Assembly (NCBI RefSeq): GCF_009914755.1
Contig: NC_060926.1
Reading direction: 5' to 3' (one strand)
DNA from: the human T2T-CHM13v2.0 reference genome, Homo sapiens
DNA: 64,000 bases
Made by a program: the position numbers and the translations under genes. The notes below the pieces were generated by a model. It saw only the letters and a program-made list of their open reading frames with translations, ran no database searches and was not told the DNA's origin. Shown piece after piece: positions 41,777 to 54,200 of the stretch. The number at the start of each line of letters is the position of its first letter. The first letter of the stretch is position 1.

Positions 41777-42731
41777 ATATCTTCATATAAAATCTAGACA
41801 GAAGCATTCTCAGAAACATCTGTGTGATGTTTGAATTCAAGTCCCAGAGTTGAACATTCCCTTTCATAGAGCAGGTTTGAAATACTCTTTTTGTAGTATC
41901 TGGAACTCACAATTTGATCGCTTTATTCTTATGGTGAAAAAGGAAATATTTTCCCATAAAAGCTACACAGAAGCATTCTCAGAAACTTGTTGTGATGTGT
42001 GTACACAACTAACAGAGTTGAAAATTTCTTTGGATAGACCAGTTTTGAAACACTCTTTTTGTAGAATCTGCAAGAGCATATTTGGATAGATTTGTGGATT
42101 TTCTTTGGAAACGGGAATATCTTCATATAAAATACAGACAGAGGCAGTCTCAGAAACATCTCTGTGATGTTTGCATTCAAGTCACAGAGGTGAACATTCC
42201 CTTTCATACAGCAGGTTTGAAACACTGATTTTGTATTATCTGCAACCGGACATGTTGAGCCATTTTTGGTCTACGGTGAAAAAGGAAATATCTTCCCAAA
42301 AAAACTAGACAGAACCATTCTCAGAAAATAGTTTGTGATGTGTGTACACAAATAAAAGAGTTGAACCTTTCTTTTGATAGAGCAGCATTGAAAGACTCTT
42401 TTTGTTGAATCTGCAAGTGGATATTTGGATAGCTTTGAGGATTTCATTGGAAAAGGAAATATCTTCATACAAAATCTAGACAGAAGCATTCTCAGAAACA
42501 TCTCGGCGATGTTTGCATTCAAGTCACAGAGTTAAACATTCCCTTTCAAGAAGCAGGTTTGAAAAAACTGATTTTGTAGTTTGTGGAACTGGACATGTGG
42601 AGCCAGTGGTGGCCTGTGGTGAAAAAGGAAATATCTTCCATTAAAAACTACGCGGAAGGATTCTCAGAAACTAGTTTGTGATGTGTTTACTGAACTACCA
42701 AAGTTGAACCTTTCTTTTGATAGAGCAGATT

Positions 42732-43235
42732 CATGCTGCTATAAAGACACATGCACACGTATGTTTATTGCGGCATTATTCACAATAGCAAAGACTTGGA
42801 ACCAACCCAAATATCCAACAATGATAGACTGGATTAAGAAAATGTGGCACATATACACCATGGAATACTATGCAGCCATAAAAAATGATGAGTTCATGTC
42901 CTTTGTAGGGACATGGATGAAATTGGAAACCATCATTCTCAGTAAACTATCGCAAGAACAAAAAACCAAACACCGCATATTCTCACTCATAGGTGGGAAT
43001 TGAACAATGAGATCGCATGGACACAGGAAGGGGAATATCACACTCTGGGGACTGTGGTGGGGAGTGGGGGGAGGGATAGCATTGGGAGATATACCTAATG
43101 CTAGATGACACGTTAGTGGGTGCAGCACACCAGCATGGCACATGTATACATATGTAACTAACCTGCACAATGTGCACATGTACCCTAAAACTTAAAGTAT
43201 AATTAAAAAAAAATACCTTTAATAATAAAAAAAAA
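42732..43235 (+). mobile_element. 5'-truncated young L1 (L1HS/L1PA2 boundary type), ~500 bp, 13-bp TSD
   Basis: ORF2 C-terminus (CCYKDTCTRMFIAALFTIAKTWNQPK...HRIFSLIGGN*), 3'UTR and A tail. The TSD GATAGAGCAGATT is at 42719-42731 and 43236-43248. Confidence 0.97.
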
Positions 43236-44699
43236 GATAGAGCAGATTTGAAACAATCTTTTTGTAGAATCTGCAAGGGATATTTGGATAGCTTTGAGGA
43301 TTTCATTGGAAACTGGAATATCTTCATACAAAATCTACACAGAAGCATTCTCAGAAACATCTTTGGGATGTTTGCATTCAAGTAATAGAGTTGAACATTC
43401 CCTTTCATAGAGCAGGTTTGAAACATTCTTTTTGTGGAATCTGGAAGTGGATATTTGGATCACATGGAGGCCTAATTGTGAACAAGGAGATATCTTCACA
43501 TAAAAAGTAGACGGAAGCATTCTCCTAAACTTGCTTGGAATGTGTGTACTTAACTAACAGAGTTGAGCCTTTCTTTTGATAGAGCAGTTTTGAAACACTC
43601 TTTTTCTAGAATCTGCATGTGGATATTTGGATAGATTTGAGGATTTCGTTGGAAACAGGAATATCTTCATATCAAATCAAGACACAAGCATTCTCAGAAA
43701 CATCTTTGGGATGTTAGCATTCTAGTCAAAGAGTTGAACATTCCCTTTCATAGAGCAGGTTTGAAACATTCTTTTTATAGTATCTGCAAGTGGACATTTT
43801 CATCGCTTTGAGACCTATGGTGAAAAAGGAAATATCTTCGTATAAAAACTAGACAGAAACATTCTCAGAAATAACTTTGTGATATGTTTACTCAACTAAC
43901 ACAGTTGAACCTTTCTTTTGATAGAGCAGTTTGAAACACTTTTTTTGTAGAATCTGAAAGTGGATATTTGGATAGCTTTGAGGATTTCTTTGGGAAAGGG
44001 GATATGTTCATATAAAATCTAGACAGAAGCATTCTCAGAAACATCTCTGTGAGGATTGCATTCAAGTCACAGGTTAAATATTCCCTTTCATAGAGCAGGT
44101 TTTAAACAATGAATTTGTAGTATGTGGAATTGGACATTTGGAGCGCTTTGTGGCCTAATGTGAAAAAGGAAATATCTTCCCACAAAAACTAGACAGAAGT
44201 ACTCTCATAAACTACCTTGCGATGTGTGTGCTCAACTAACAGAGCTGAACATTTCGTTTGATAGAGCAGTTTTGAAACACTCTTTTTGTAGAATCTGCAT
44301 GTGGATTTGGATAGCTTTGAGGATTTCGTTGCAAAGGGGAATATCTCTATATAAAATCTAGACAGAAGCATTCACAGAAACATCCTTGGGGTGTTAGCAT
44401 TCAAGTCACAGAGTGGAACATTCACTTTCATAGAGCAGGTTTGAAACACTATTTTTGTGGAATCTGGAAGTGGACATTTTGATCGCTTTGAGGCCTATGG
44501 TGAAAAAAGGGAATATCTTCGCATAAAAACTAGAGAGAAGTATTCTCAGACACATCTTTGGGATGTTAGCATTCTAATGACAGAGTTGATCATTCCCTTT
44601 CATAGAACAGGTATGAAACACTCTTTTTGTAGTATCTGGAAGTGGACATTTTGATCACTTTGAGGCCTATGGTGAAAAAGGGAATATCATCGCATAAAA

Positions 44700-47600
44700 A
44701 CTAGACAGAAGCATTCTCATAAACTTGTTTGTGATGTGTGAACTCAACAAACAGAGGTGAACTTTCTTTTGATAGAGCAGATTTGAAACACACTTTTTGT
44801 AGAATCTGCATGTGGATATTTAGATAGCTTCGAGGATTTCATTAGAAACGGGAAAATCTTCATATGAAATAGAGACACAAGCATTCTCAGAAACCTCTTT
44901 GGGATGTTAGCATTCGTGTCGCAGAGTTGATCACTCCCTTTCATAGAGCAGGTTTGAAACACTCTTTTTGTCATATCTGGAAGTGGACATTTTGATCGCT
45001 TTGAGGAGTAAGGTGAAAAAGGAAATATCTTCCCACAAAAACTACACAGAAGCATTCTCAGAAACTACTTAGTTATGTGTTTACTCAACTAACGGAGTAG
45101 AACCTTTCTTTTGATAGACCAGTTTTGAAACACTCTTTTTATAGAATCTGCAAGTGGATATTTTGATAGCTTTGAGGATTTCCTTGGAAATGGGAATATC
45201 CTCATATAAAATCTAGATAAAAGCATTCTCAGAAACACCTTTGTGATGTCTGCATTGAAGTCAGAGAGTTCTACATTCCCTTTCATAGAACAGCTTTGAA
45301 ACACTATTTTTGTAGTATCTGGAAATGGACATTTAGATCGCTTTGAGGCCTATGGTGAAAAAGGAAATATCTTTACATAAAAACTAGACGGAAGCAGTCA
45401 CCCAAACTTATTGGGAATGTGTGTACTCAACTAACCGATTTGGATTTTCCTTTGATAGAGCAGTTTTGAAACACTCTTTTTGTGGAATCTGCAAGTGGAT
45501 ATTTGGATAGCTTTGAGGATTAGGTTGGAAACGGGAATAAGTTCTTATAAAACCTAGGCAGAAGCATTCTCAGAAACATCTCTGTGAGGATTGCATTCAA
45601 GTCCCAGAGTTGAACATTCCCTTTCATAGAGCAGTTATGAAATCATGATTTTGTAGTATGTGGAACTAGACATTTGGAGTGCTTTGTGGCCTAGTGTGAA
45701 AAAGGAAATATCTTCCCATAAAAACTAGGCAGAAGCATTCTCAGAAACCAGTTTGTGATATGTGTACACAACTAACAGGGTTGAACATTTCTTCTGAGAG
45801 AGGACTCTTGAAACACTCTTTTTGTAGACTCTGCAAGGGGTATTTGGATAGCTTTGAGGATTTCGTTAGAAACGTGAATATCTTCGTATAAAATCTAGAC
45901 AGAAGCATTCTCAGAAACATCTTTGGGATTTTTGCATTCAAGTCAAGGAGTTGAACATTCCCTATCATGGAGCAGGTTTGCAAAACTCTTTTTGTGGAAA
46001 CTGGACGTGGACATTTAGATCGCATTGAGGCCTGTGGTGAAAAAAGGAATATCTTCGAATAAAAACTAGAGAGAAGCATTCTCATAATCTAGTTTGTGGT
46101 GTGTGTGCTCAACTAACAGAGCTGAACGTTTCTTTTCATAAAGCAGTATTGAAACACTCTTTTTTTAGAATCTACCTGTGGATATTTGGAAAGCTTTGAG
46201 GATTTCGTTGGAAACGCGAATATCTTCTTATAAAATCTAGATAGAAGCATTCTCAGAAACATCTTTGGGGTGTTAGCATTCAAGTCAAAGAGTTGAACAT
46301 TCCCTTTCATAGAGCAGGTTTGAAACACTCTTTTTGTGGAATCTGGAAGTAGACATTTTGATCGCTTTGAGGCCTGTGGTGAAAAAGGGAATATCTTCGC
46401 ATAAAAACTAGACAGAAGTATTCTCATAAACTAGGTTGTGATGTGTGTGCTCAACTAACAGAGTCGAAACTTTCTTTTGATAGAGCAGTTTTGAAACACT
46501 CTTTTTGTAGAATTTGCATGTGGATATTTGGACAGCATTGAGGATGTCGTTGGAATCGGGAAAATCTGCATATGAAATGGACACACAAGCATTCTCAGAA
46601 ACCTCTTTGGGATGTTAGCATTCCAGTCGCAGAGTTGAACATTCTCTTTCATAGAGCAGGTTTGAAACACTCTTTTTGTATATCTGGAAGTGGACATTTT
46701 GATCGCTTTGAGGCGAAAGGTGAAAAAGGAAATATCTTCCCACAAAAACTACACAGAAGTATTCTCAGAAACTACTTTGTGATGTGTTTACTCAACTAAC
46801 AGAGGTGAACCTTTTTTTTTGATAGACCACTCTTGAAACACTCTTTTTATAGAATCTGCAAGTGGATATTTTGATAGCTTTGAGGATTTCCTCAGAAACG
46901 ATAATATCTTCATATAAAATCTAGAGAGAAGCATTCTCAGAAACAACTCTGTGATGTTTGCGTTCAAGTCAGAGAGTTGTACATTCCCTTTCATAGAGCA
47001 GGTTTGAGACACTCTTTTTGTAGTATCTGGAAATGGACATTTAGATCCCTTTGAGGCTTATGGTGAAAAACGAAATATCTTCGCATAAAAAATAGACGGA
47101 AGCAGTCTCCAAAACTTGTTTGGAATGTGTGTACTCAACTAACAGAGTTGAATCTTTCTTTTGATAGAGCAGTTTTGAAACACTCTTTTTGTAGAATCTG
47201 CAAGCGGATATTTTTGTATAGCTTTGAGGATTTCGTTGGGAATGGGAATATGTTCATATAAAATATAGACAGAAGCATTCTCAGGAACATCTCTGTGAGG
47301 ATTGCATTCAAGTCCCAGAGTTGAACATTCCCTTTCATAGAGCAGTTATGAAATCATGATTTTGTAGTATGTGGAACTAGACATTTGGAGTGCTTTGTGG
47401 CCTAGTGTGAAAAAGGAAATATCTTCCCATAAAAACTAGGCAGAAGCATTCTCAGAAACCAGTTTGTGATATGTGTACACAACTAACAGGGTTGAACATT
47501 TCTTCTGAGAGAGGACTCTTGAAACACTCTTTTTGTAGACTCTGCAAGGGGTATTTGGATAGCTTTGAGGATTTCGTTAGAAACGTGAATATCTTCGTAT

Positions 47601-50600
47601 AAAATCTAGACAGAAGCATTCTCAGAAACATCTTTGGGATTTTTGCATTCAAGTCAAGGAGTTGAACATTCCCTATCATGGAGCAGGTTTGCAAAACTCT
47701 TTTTGTGGAAACTGGACGTGGACATTTGGATCGCATTGAGGCCTGCGGTGAAAAAAGGAATATCTTCGAATAAAAACTAGAGAGAAGCATTCTCATAATC
47801 TAGTTTGTGGTGTGTGTGCTCAACTAACAGAGCTGAACGTTTCTTTTCATAAAGCAGTATTGAAACACTCTTTTTTTAGAATCTACCTGTGGATATTGGA
47901 AAGTTTTGAGGATTTCGTTGGAAACGCGAATATCTTCTTATAAAATCTAGATAGAAGCATTCTCAGAAACATCTTTGGGGTGTTAGCATTCAAGTCAAAG
48001 AGTTGAACATTCCCTTTCATAGAGCAGGTTTGAAACACTCTTTTTGTGGAATCTGGAAGTAGACATTTTGATCGCTTTGAGGCCTGTGGTGAAAAAGGGA
48101 ATATCTTCGCATAAAAACTAGACAGAAGTATTCTCATAAACTAGGTTGTGATGTGTGTGCTCAACTAACAGAGTTGAACCTTTCTTTTGATAGAGCAGTT
48201 TTGAAACACTTTTTTTGTAGAATTTGCATGTGGATATTTGGACAGCATTGAGGATGTCGTTGGAATCGGGAAAATCTGCATATGAAATGGACACACAAGC
48301 ATTCTCAGAAACCTCTTTGGGATGTTAGCATTCCAGTCGCAGAGTTGAACATTCTCTTTCATAGAGCAGGTTTGAAACACTCTTTTTGTATATCTGGAAG
48401 TGGACATTTTGATCGCTTTGAGGCAAAAGGTGAAAAAGGAAATATCTTCCCACAAAAACTACACAGAAGTATTCTCAGAAACTACTTTGTGATGTGTTTA
48501 CTCAACTAACAGAGGTGAACCTTTTTTTTGATAGACCACTCTTGAAACACTCTTTTTATAGAATCTGCAAGTGGATATTTTGATAGCTTTGAGGATTTCC
48601 TCAGAAACGATAATATCTTCATATAAAATCTAGAGAGAAGCATTCTCAGAAACAACTCTGTGATGTTTGCATTCAAGTCAGAGAGTTGTACATTCCCTTT
48701 CATAGAGCAGCTTTGAAACACTCTTTTTGTAGTATCTGGAAATGGACATTTAGATCCCTTTGAGGCTTATGGTGAAAAAGGAAATATCTTCGCAAAAAAA
48801 ATAGATGGAAGCAGTCTCCAAAACTTGTTTGGAATGTGTGTACTCAACTAACAGAGTTGAATCTTTCTTTTGATAGAGCAGTTTTGAAACACTCTTTTTG
48901 TAGAATCTGCAAGTGGATATTTTTGTATAGCTTTGAGGATTTCGTTGGGAATGGGAATATGTTCATATAAAATATAGACAGAAGCATTCTCAGGAACATC
49001 TCTGTGAGGATTGCATTCAAGTCCCAGAGTTGAACATTCCCTTTCATAGAGCAGTTATGAAATCATGATTTTGTAGTGTGTGGAACTGGACATTTGGAGT
49101 GCTTTGTGTCCTATTGTGAAAAAGGAAATATCTTCCCATAAAAAATTGGCAGAAGCATTCTCAGAAACCAGTTTGTGATGTGTGTACTCAACTAACAGGG
49201 TTGAACCCTTCTTTTGAGAGAGCACTCTAGAAACACTCTTTTTGTAGAGTCTGCAAGTGGATATTTGGATAGCTTTGAGGATTTCCTTGGAAACGGCAAT
49301 ATCTTCATATAAAATCTAAACAGACGATTCTCAGAAACATCTTTGGGATGTTTGCATTCAAGTCACAGAGTTGAACATTCCCTTTCATGGAGCAGGTTGA
49401 AAACACCCTTTTTGTGCAATCTGGAAGTGGACATTTGGATCGCATTGGGGCCTATGGTGAAAAAGGGAATATCCTCGAATAAAAACTAGACAGAAGCATT
49501 CTCATAAAGCAGTTTGTGATGTGTGTGCTCAACTAACAGAGCTGAACCTTTCTTTTCATAGAGTAGTTTTGAAACACTCTTTTTGTGGAATCTGCATGTG
49601 GATATTTGGAAAGTTTTGAGGATTTCTTTGGAAAAGGGAATATCTTCCTATAAAATCTAGACAAAAGCATTCTCGGAAACATCTTTGGGATATTAGCCTT
49701 CAAGTCACAGAGTTGAATATTCCCATACATAGAGCAGGTTTGAAACACTCTTTTTGTTGCATCTGGAAGTGGACTTTTGGATCGCTTTGAGGCGTGTGGT
49801 GAAAAAGGGAATATCTTCGCATAAAAACTATACAGAAGTATTCTCATAAACTAGTTTGTGATGTGTGTTCTCAACTAACAGATTTCAACATTTCTTTTGA
49901 TAGAGCGGTTTTGAAACACTCTTTTTGTAGAATTTGCATGTGAATATTTGTACAACTTTGAGGATTTTGTCGGAAACCTGGAAATCTTCCTATGAAATCG
50001 AGACAAGCATTCTCAGGAATCTCTTTGGGATGTTAGCATTCGAGTCACAGAGTTGAACATTCCCTTTCATAGAGCAGGTTTGAAACACTCTTTTTGTAGT
50101 GTCTGGAAGTGGACATTTGGATTGCTTTCAGGCTTAAGGTGAAAAAGGAAATATCTTCCCACAAAAACTACACAGAAGCATTCTCAGAAACTACTTTGTG
50201 ATGTGTTTACTCAACTTCAGAGTTGAACATTTCTTTTGATAGAGCAGTTTTGAAACACTCTTTTTGTAGAATCTGCAAGAGGATATTTGGAGAGCTTTGA
50301 GGATTTCTTGGAAACGGGACTATCTTCATATAAAATCTAGACAGAAGCATTCTCAGAAGCAAATTTGTGATGTTTACCTTGAAGTCAGAGAGTTGTACAT
50401 TCCCTTTCATAGAGCAGGTCTGAAACACTCTTTTTGTAGTATGTGGAAATGGACATTTAGATCGTTTTGACACCTATGGTGAAAAAGGAAATATCTTCAC
50501 ATAAAAACTAGACGGAAGCAATCTCCAAAACTTGTTTGGAATGTGTGTACTCAGCTAACAGAGTTGAATCTTTTTTTTGATAGACAGTTTTGAAACACTC

Positions 50601-51250
50601 TTTTTGTAAAATCTGCAAGTGGATATTGGGATAGCTTTGAGGATTTCCTTGGAAAGGGGAATATGTTCATATACAAACTAGACAGAAGAATTTTCAGAAA
50701 CATCTCTGTGAGGATTGCATTCAAGTCCCAGAGTTGAACATTCCCTTTCATAGAGCAGGTATGAAAACCTGATTTTGTAGTATGTGGAACTGGTCATTTG
50801 GAGTACTTCGTGACCTATTGTCAAAAGGGAATATCTTGCCATAAAAACTAGGTAGAAGTATTTTCAGAAACAAGTTTGTGATGTGTATACTCAACTAACA
50901 GGTTTGAAACTTTCTTTTGATAGAGCACTCTTGATACACTCTTTTTGTAGACTCTGCAAGGGGATATTTGGATAGCTTTGAGGATTTCTTTGGAAACGGG
51001 AATATCTTAATATGAAATCTAGACAGAAGCATTCTCAGAAACATCTTTGGGATATTTGCATTCAAGTCAGAGAGTTGAACATTCCCTTTCATGGAGCAGG
51101 TTTGAGACACTCTTTTTGTGCAATCTGGAAGTGGACATTTGGATCGCATTGGGGCCTATGGTGAAAATGGAAATATCTTCGAATAAAAACTAGACAGAAG
51201 CATTCTCATAAACTAGCTTGTGATGTGTGGGCTCAACTGACAGAGCGGAA
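44700..51250 (+). repeat. Diverged ~1.71-kb (10-monomer) alpha HOR
   Basis: The landmark 'ctctgtgaggattgcattcaagtccca' recurs at ~45580, 47291, 49000 and 50704, a period of ~1705-1711 bp. Confidence 0.85.
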
Positions 51251-54200
51251 CCTTTCTTTTGAGAGAGCACTGTTGAAACACTCTTTTTGTACACTCTGCA
51301 AGGGGATATTTGGACAGCTTTGAGGATTTCGTTGGAAACAGGATATCTTCATATAAAATCTCGACAGAAGCATCCTCAGAAACATCTTTGGGATGTTTGC
51401 AATCAAGTCACAGAGTTGAACATTCCCTTTCATGGAGCAGGTTTGAAACACTCTTTTTGTGGAATCTGGAAGTGGACATTTGGATCGCTTTGAGGCCTGC
51501 GGTGAAAAAGGGAATATCTTCGAATAAAATCTAGACAGAAGCATTCTCATAAACTAGTTTGTGATGTGTGTGCTTAACTAACAGAGCTGAACCTTTCTTT
51601 TCATAGAGCGGTTTTGAAACACTCTTTTTGTAGAATCTGCATGTGGATATTTGGAAAGCTTTGAGGATTTCTTTGGAAACGGGAATATCTTCACTTAAAA
51701 TCTAGACAGAAGCATTCTCAGAAACGTCTTTGGGGTGTTAGCATTCAAGTCACATAGTTGAACGTTCCTTTTCATAGAGCAGTTTTGAAACACTCTTTTT
51801 GTGGAATCTGGAAGTGGACATTTGCATCGCTTTGAGGCCTGCGGTGAAGAAGGTATATTTTCGCATAAAAACTAGACAGAAGTATTCTCATAAACTAGTT
51901 TGTGATGTGTGTGTTCAACTACCAGAGTTGAACCTTTCTTTTGATAGAGCAGTTTTGAAACACTCTTTTTGTGTAATTTGCATGTGGATATTTGGACAGC
52001 TTTGAGGATTTTGTTGGAAACGGGAAAATCTTCATATGAAATCGAGACACAAGCATTCTCAGAAACCTCTTTGGGATGTTAGCGTTCGAGTCACAGAGTT
52101 GATCACTCCCTTTCATAGAGTAGCTTTGAAGCACTCTGTTTGTAATATCTGGAAGTGGACGTTTTGATCGCTTTGAGGCGTAAGGTGAAAAAGGAAATAT
52201 CTGGCCACAAAAACTACACAGAAGCATTCTCAGAAACTACGTTGTGATGTGTTTACTCAACTAACAGAGTTGAACCTTTCTTTTGATAGAGCAGTTTTGA
52301 AACACTCTTTTTGGAGAATCTGCAGGTGGATATTTGGATAGCTTTGAGGATTTCCTTGGAAAAGGGAATATCTTCATATAAAATCTAGACAGAAGCCTTC
52401 GCAGAAACAACTTTGTGATGTTTGCATTGAAGTCAGAGAGTTGTACATTCCCTTTCATAGAGCAGCTTTCAAACACTCTTTTTGTAGTATCTGGAGATGG
52501 ACATTTACATCGCTTTGAGGCCTATGGTGAAATAGGAAATCTGTTCGCATAAAAACTAGACGGAAGCAGTCTCCAAAACTTGCTTGGAATGTGTGTACTC
52601 AACTAACAGAGTTGAATCTCTCTTTTGATAGAGCAGTTTTGAAATACTCTTTTTGTAGAGTCTACAATTGGATATTTGGATAGCTTAGAGGATTTCGTTG
52701 GAAACGGGAATATGTCCATACAAAACCTAGACAGAAGCATTCTCAGAAAAATCTCTGTGAGGATTGCATTCAAGTCCCAGTGTTGAACATTCCCTTTCAT
52801 AAAGCAGGTGTGAACACAAGATTTTGTAGTATATGGAACTGGACATTTGGAGTGCTTTGTGACCTATTGTGAAAAGGGAAATATCTTCCCATATAAACTA
52901 GGCAGAAGCATTCTCAGAAACCAGATTGTGATGTGTGTACTCAACTAACAGGGGTGAACCTTCCTTTTGAGAGAGCACTCTTGAAACACTCTTTTTGTAG
53001 ACTCTGCAATGGGATATTTGGACAGCTTTGAGGATTTCGTTGGAAACGGGATATCTTCATATAAAATCTCGACAGAAGCATCCTCAGAAACATCTTTGGG
53101 ATGTTTGCATTCAAGTCACAGAGTTGAACATTCCCTATCATGGAGCAGGTTTGAAACACTCTTTTTGTGGAATCTGGAAGTGGACATTTGGATCGCATTG
53201 AGGCCTACGGTGAAAAAGGGAATATCTTCGAATAAAAACTATATAGAAGCATTCTCATAAACTAGTTTGTGATGTGTGTGCTTAACTAACAGAGCTGAAC
53301 CTTTCTTTTCATAGAGCGGTTTTGAAACACTCTTTTTGTAGAATCTGCATGTGGATATTTGGAAAGCTTTGAGGATATCGTTGGAAACGGGAATATCTTC
53401 ACATAAAATCTAGACAGAAGCATTCACAGAAACGTCTTTGGGGTGTTAGCATTCAAGTCACAGAGTTGAACGTTCCTTTTCATAGAGCAGGTTTGAAACA
53501 CTCTTTTTGTGGAATCTGGAAGTGGACCTTTGGATCGCTTTGAGGCCTGCGGTGAAAAAGGTATATCTTTGCATAAAAACTAGACACAAATATTCTCATG
53601 AACTAGTTTGTGATGTGTGTGCTCAACTACCAGAGTTGAACCTTTCTTTTGATAGAGCAGTTTTTAAACACTCTTTTTGTGTAATTTGCATGTGGATATT
53701 TGGACAGCTTTGAGGATTTCGTTGGAAACGGGAAAATCTTCATATCGAGACACAAGCATTCTCAGAAACCTCTTTGGGATGTTAGCGTTCGAGTCACAGA
53801 GTTGATCACTCCCTTTCATAGAGTAGCTTTGAAGCACTCTGTTTGTAGTATCTGGAAGTGGACGTTTTGATCGCTTTGAGGCGTAAGGTGAAAAAGGAAA
53901 TATCTTGCCACAAAAAATACACAGAAGCATTCTCAGAAACTACGTTGTGATGTGTTTACTCAACTAACAGAGTTGAACCTTTCGTTTGATAGAGCAGTTT
54001 TGAAACACACTTTTTGGAGTATCTGCAGGTGGATATTTGGATAGCTTTGAGGATTTCCTTGGAAAAGGGAATATCTTCATATAAAATCTAGACAGAAGCC
54101 TTCGCAGAAACTCCTTTGTGATGTTTGCATTGAAGTCAGAGAGTTGTACATTCCCTTTCATAGAACAGCTTTGGAACACTCTTTTTGTAGTATCTGGAGA

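Larger units (their letters stand above)
41396..44700 (+). repeat. Diverged dimeric alpha satellite layer without a clear HOR period
   Basis: ~342-bp A/B alternation with many private substitutions. Interrupted by the L1 and by a parity break. Confidence 0.7.

Noticed and set aside
42683-43003. ORF with real L1 ORF2p C-terminal sequence
   Set aside because: Only the last ~90 codons of a truncated L1, fused to alpha sequence with no promoter. Not a functional CDS.
53735-53755. 5-bp deletion in one HOR copy (catatcgag vs catatgaaatcgag)
   Set aside because: A single private indel that only helps explain the shorter 1699-bp period.
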